Position numbers and translations under genes: made by a program | NCBI RefSeq assembly: GCF_009914755.1 | Contig: NC_060930.1 | Source of the DNA: the human T2T-CHM13v2.0 reference genome, Homo sapiens | Length of the DNA: 64,000 nucleotides | Reading direction: 5' to 3' (one strand) | The notes under the pieces: generated by a model | The model's input: the letters and a program-made list of their open reading frames with translations, nothing else | The model's database searches: none | Told to the model about the DNA's origin: nothing | In this document: positions 58,920-64,000 of the stretch, one piece after another | How the letters are laid out: every line of letters starts with the position of its first letter | How positions within the stretch are numbered: position 1 is the stretch's first letter

Positions 58920-59400
58920 ACCTATTTAATTATTTCAATACTTTATAGAAAACACGAATATGTGAAAATACAAAACCCACAAGAATCCTTCTACTCAGAA
59001 ATAAACACTGTTAAGATTTTGATGTACATCCTTATTCTCCTTTTTCTAGGCAGTTTTAAAAAAATATAATTGTGATCATATTCTGCATACTGTTTTATAG
59101 TTTTTAACTTGAATATGTTATGAGCATTTTCCCATGACTGAATATTCTCTACGTTAATACAGAAAAATTAGAAGCAACCTAAATATCCAGCAAAGAATGA
59201 ATTGGTTAATTAGCTTATGGCACATCCAATATGGTGGAATATTATGCAGACTTAAAAATTTACTGCTGCTATAAAAATCCTGGGGTCTGTGTCCCTAATA
59301 ATGTCCTTAGGATAAATCCTTCAATTTGGAATTTTTTGGATCCAAGATTATGCATAATTAAGGCATTGTATGTTTTATATATTCTTGATTATAAAATTCA
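58920..59400 (-). mobile_element. Old L1M(E) fragment with an internally inverted segment
   Basis: L1M motifs in minus orientation flank a plus-orientation block at about 59153-59263. Confidence 0.7.
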
Positions 59401-59479
59401 CTCTTGGTTTAGTAACAGCTATTTTGTTTGGGTCACAGGGTGGGTGGCTGATAGTGATTAGGAACATTAAGTACTCAAT

Positions 59480-59672
59480 CAACCCTGGCTGCCTGACTTT
59501 GAATATGCCGACCCAATAGCTATCACCTTGTGCAGCTCACTTGCACCAAGCCTCAGTTTTCTCATCTGCTAGGTGGGAACAATGATGTGTCATATAATTG
59601 AGTATTAAATGAAATCTTGCCATTAGATAGCTAAGTGCCTGGATATAGTAGCTGAATAAATGTTAGCTATTA
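59480..59672 (+). mobile_element. MIR
   Basis: gcctcagttttctcatctg..attaaatga..gtgcctgg..aataaatgttagctatta. Confidence 0.8.
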
Positions 59673-59761
59673 CCATTTATTAGGCTGCATCTCTGTTTCA
59701 GAAACATGAAAATGGGAGAAGGGAGAAGGGAATATAGCTTATAGTCAAAGAAATATATTGT

Positions 59762-60386
<625 letters not shown>

Positions 60387-61693
60387 ATGAATATTCCCGA
60401 ACTGTCCAAGAGCAAGATTGAGTTAATAATAACTAGTCTGCTTTAACCCTGCATGTCTGACATTTGCTTCAGTGTTAAGCCCAAAGGCAGTGGGTGATAC
60501 AAAACTTGCCATGAAGCTCTGTCTTTGGCGGAAAGGCTCGGGTTTCATTCCCACAGCTCTGGGGGCTGTCAAAACTTAAATGTGAGGGCATCCTGTTTTG
60601 ACAGACGACGCCCTTTCTAGCCTGGGAGCACCAAAGACATGGTTCCCACACGTCTGCTTCATTGCTTGGCACCACCAGTCTAGACTGGGGAAACCCATCA
60701 CTTCGCTGGGCCCTGTTTCCAGTGGCCATGGAGCAACCAGACAGACAACAAGTGGTGACAGAGCTGCTATTTTGAATGTGCCACATCAGCACGATGGCAG
60801 ACACCGCTGCTGCTGCTTTTTATTTGTAAAGAATAAAGGACTGCTCTACCCACTCATTTTACTTACTCTCCCCTTTCGCTTTGCTTTTAAAAAGGTATTA
60901 CGTGTTATCAATGATCGGAACCCTACCACATATTAAAAATGTCTAGCTATAGCAGCGAATTTGTTTTCACTTGAAAGTCACCGCAGTCATCTGGAAAGGA
61001 TCGGGGGTGCGGTGGGTAGAGGGAGACCCATTTGGGAGATGACACAGCGGGATTGCAGTCTTGCTTGTCTTTGTGCCCTGGGTAAGCTGTAGGTGGGTCA
61101 CCAGGTAGCCTGAATGCCAGGGAGTGCCATAAGCATGCCATAGCAAGACCCGTGCAGACCACACTTCTGAGAGTAACACTGGGGGCCAGACCCAGAGAAC
61201 CAGGGGACCAACTCCCCTGACCTGTGGGCCCAGGACATACCAACCATTCTCTTCTTGTTGTTAAATCTGGAATAACAGAAATAAACCAAGGGTAGATCAA
61301 CAACAGAAATAACAACAAAACCAAGTGAACTTCTTAAAATACCCTATTTGTGGTGTAGTTGAAATAATTGTGGCTAAGACCAAAGGGGGGAAATATACTG
61401 CAAGACGAGGCCAAATTAGGCATACTAGTTAAACAAACATCAAAGTAAACACAAGAATGCATGTTCTGCCTTCCTTTTTGATGTTTCCGTTTCTCCTCTT
61501 AACCTCACTGCACCGTTTCTTGCTACTAGGAAATTTGCATTTCTTTTAAACAACTTTATAGGCATCTCCCATTCTTTCACTAACTGAAAGAAAAAACTGT
61601 CCTTTTGTGAAATCAAAGTATTCCTACCAGCTTTGAATTACAAGGAAGAGGCTACTTTTGTTATTAATGATGAATTTATTGCTTGTGCTTTTT

Positions 61694-61697
<4 letters not shown>

Positions 61698-61724
<27 letters not shown>
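61698..61724 (+). repeat. T27 mononucleotide tract forming the splice-acceptor pyrimidine tract
   Basis: Ends 3 nt before the exon start (aag|). Confidence 0.95.
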
Positions 61725-61849
<125 letters not shown>

Positions 61850-63552
61850 TAGCTCTAACATGGGAAGAATCCTATGCGGCTAATCTCAGTGGATGCTATA
61901 AGTTAGCGTAACTCACCGCATGTGCCCATAAGATGTTCAACTTTTCTGACATTTCTGTTATTACTTTAAGACTTTGTTCCAGTGATTTTCTTTTGTTTTA
62001 AGTCAAAGAAAACAAAAGGGGACAAGTTCACAGTTCTTTCCTTTCATAGATCTGACAGCAGAGGCCGAAACTTTCGTTTCCTCAGTTGCACCAACCTCAG
62101 AAAGATCTTTACTCTTCTCTCGTCAAGATCTAGCCTGAAAGGGCCTAGAGAGCCCTAGCATGTGTTGGTTTGGGGCTCTCCTGTCCGCGTTCCCACTGAG
62201 ATCCTTTGCATTCTTCTGAACTTCTGATGCTCTTCTGCAGCGGGACGGTTATGGGGTGTTGCCCCTGGAAACTCCAGTGGTCTGACATCATGGGAATTTG
62301 CCCGGGCGGCTTTGTGAAGGGAGTTCTGCCCTACTCTTGGCTGTGTCTTTTGTTGTTGTTTATATAGTAAGTAAATATATCATCCCTTTGAGGCTCAGTT
62401 ACATAATTTATGTTTCCCCAGTATTCAGAGAAGAAACCAGAACAAATCCACTTCCAGATTCCAGTCCAGCTGAATGAGGTTATCAGTAGATTAAAAAGTT
62501 TTCCTTGATCACCAGTGACACTGCTTGCTTTCCTTTACAAAATCTTAGTGTCCTGTGCTGTGTGGAACGTCTGTCTAATTATCAGTACGCGTGGAAATGA
62601 GAAAAACGGATGTGAACAGCAGACACGTCACAGCACACCTGGGTTCCTTGGCAACATTCCACTTGGTTCTTTTTTCAAGTTGTCCTACTTTTAAGCATTC
62701 CCAGTTTTTTGTATTCACCCAGCGTCACTTGTGATTCAAAATAAACCTTGGATTCTAAAAAAAAAAAAAACAGTCTAAAGCTAAGGGAAAGGGAGAGGTA
62801 CAGAGGGAGAGGGAGGGAAGGAGGAAGCCAACAGTTTACCAGCTAATGTGGATTTTTAAAGAACCCAACCAACTCCCCATCACCCACTCTGCCATTTGCG
62901 GTGACACAGATAGTAAAATGAATCAACCCAGCAGGCTTCTCTCTTCACCCAGCACACGCTATTATTCTCCCTGTGCAAGTAGCAAAGGGAACTTGAGGGA
63001 ACTTGAGGAGTATTTTTGGATTGATTGATTACAAAATGGAAATTAGATGGAAATACAGGGCAACATAAATTCCAAAGTCAGCCGTGCCTGAAATGGTTTC
63101 CTACAAGTCTACAGGCAGACTCTTTCCCTCTGTCTCTTACACCAAAGGCAAATTAAGCCACAGCCGGGGGCATCCTAACGATATTGGAAGCTGGTAAAAA
63201 GTATGAATGAGAAAGATGGGGAGGAGAGCAGGGTGTGGGACTGGAGTGGGGATGTTAAAGCTCATGTTCAGTAACATGTCCTTCCCCACACGCTGACCAG
63301 AGGCACCATTGCCCAATGTGGCTCAGATATACCAGAGGCAATAGCAGTCTGTTTGCTCTGTAGGAAAATCTTTGGAATCTAATGGGACATTCTCTTCTCT
63401 GAGGTTCTAGCTGCCTTCAGGTGCGAGTTGGAAGTTGATTTTCCCTCAGTTTGGAAACCAATTTATGACAATAATACTTTCAGATACAGACCTATATGGC
63501 ACCCTTCTTCTGATTAACTCAACATGCTTCATGTCTGTGATTTGCACTTAGC

Positions 63553-63868
<316 letters not shown>

Positions 63869-64000
63869 TAGTTTTGAGGAATAATAACAGTGAAATAGCT
63901 TAGTAGGAATGGAAGGTTTTGCCAGGTCTGAACTCTGTGACCTTCCTCTGTCATGACCTAGGATTCTTTCCCACTTCTTTGCAAAAATATTTTCTTCTCA

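Overview
Human (primate) genomic DNA lying wholly inside the SASH1 gene (SAM and SH3 domain-containing 1) on the + strand. Four small coding exons (30456-30506, 30630-30679, 58856-58896, 61728-61814) have canonical AG/GT ends and compatible phases. They splice to [76 protein letters not shown](G), which I recognise from memory as the SASH1 N-terminal region (probably exons 3-6). The remaining >99% is intron, with about 40 Alu/FAM/FLAM/FRAM elements, MIR/L2/old L1 fragments, MER5 transposons, solo LTRs (MER41B, THE1, MST, MLT1) and simple repeats. None of the supplied ORFs is a credible gene. I cannot demonstrate a wholly new biological system here. Best leads: (1) a T27 tract forming the acceptor of an in-frame-skippable exon; (2) a MER41B LTR with a cluster of STAT GAS motifs; (3) a perfect 66-bp non-tandem local duplication; (4) a ~110-bp micro-inversion inside an old L1; (5) two Alus at one target giving a triplicated 16-bp TSD; (6) a stop-at-donor plus intronic polyA arrangement after the second exon; (7) an Alu-derived candidate poison exon; (8) a strong CTCF motif. 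Repeat subfamily names are by eye and repeat boundaries are approximate.
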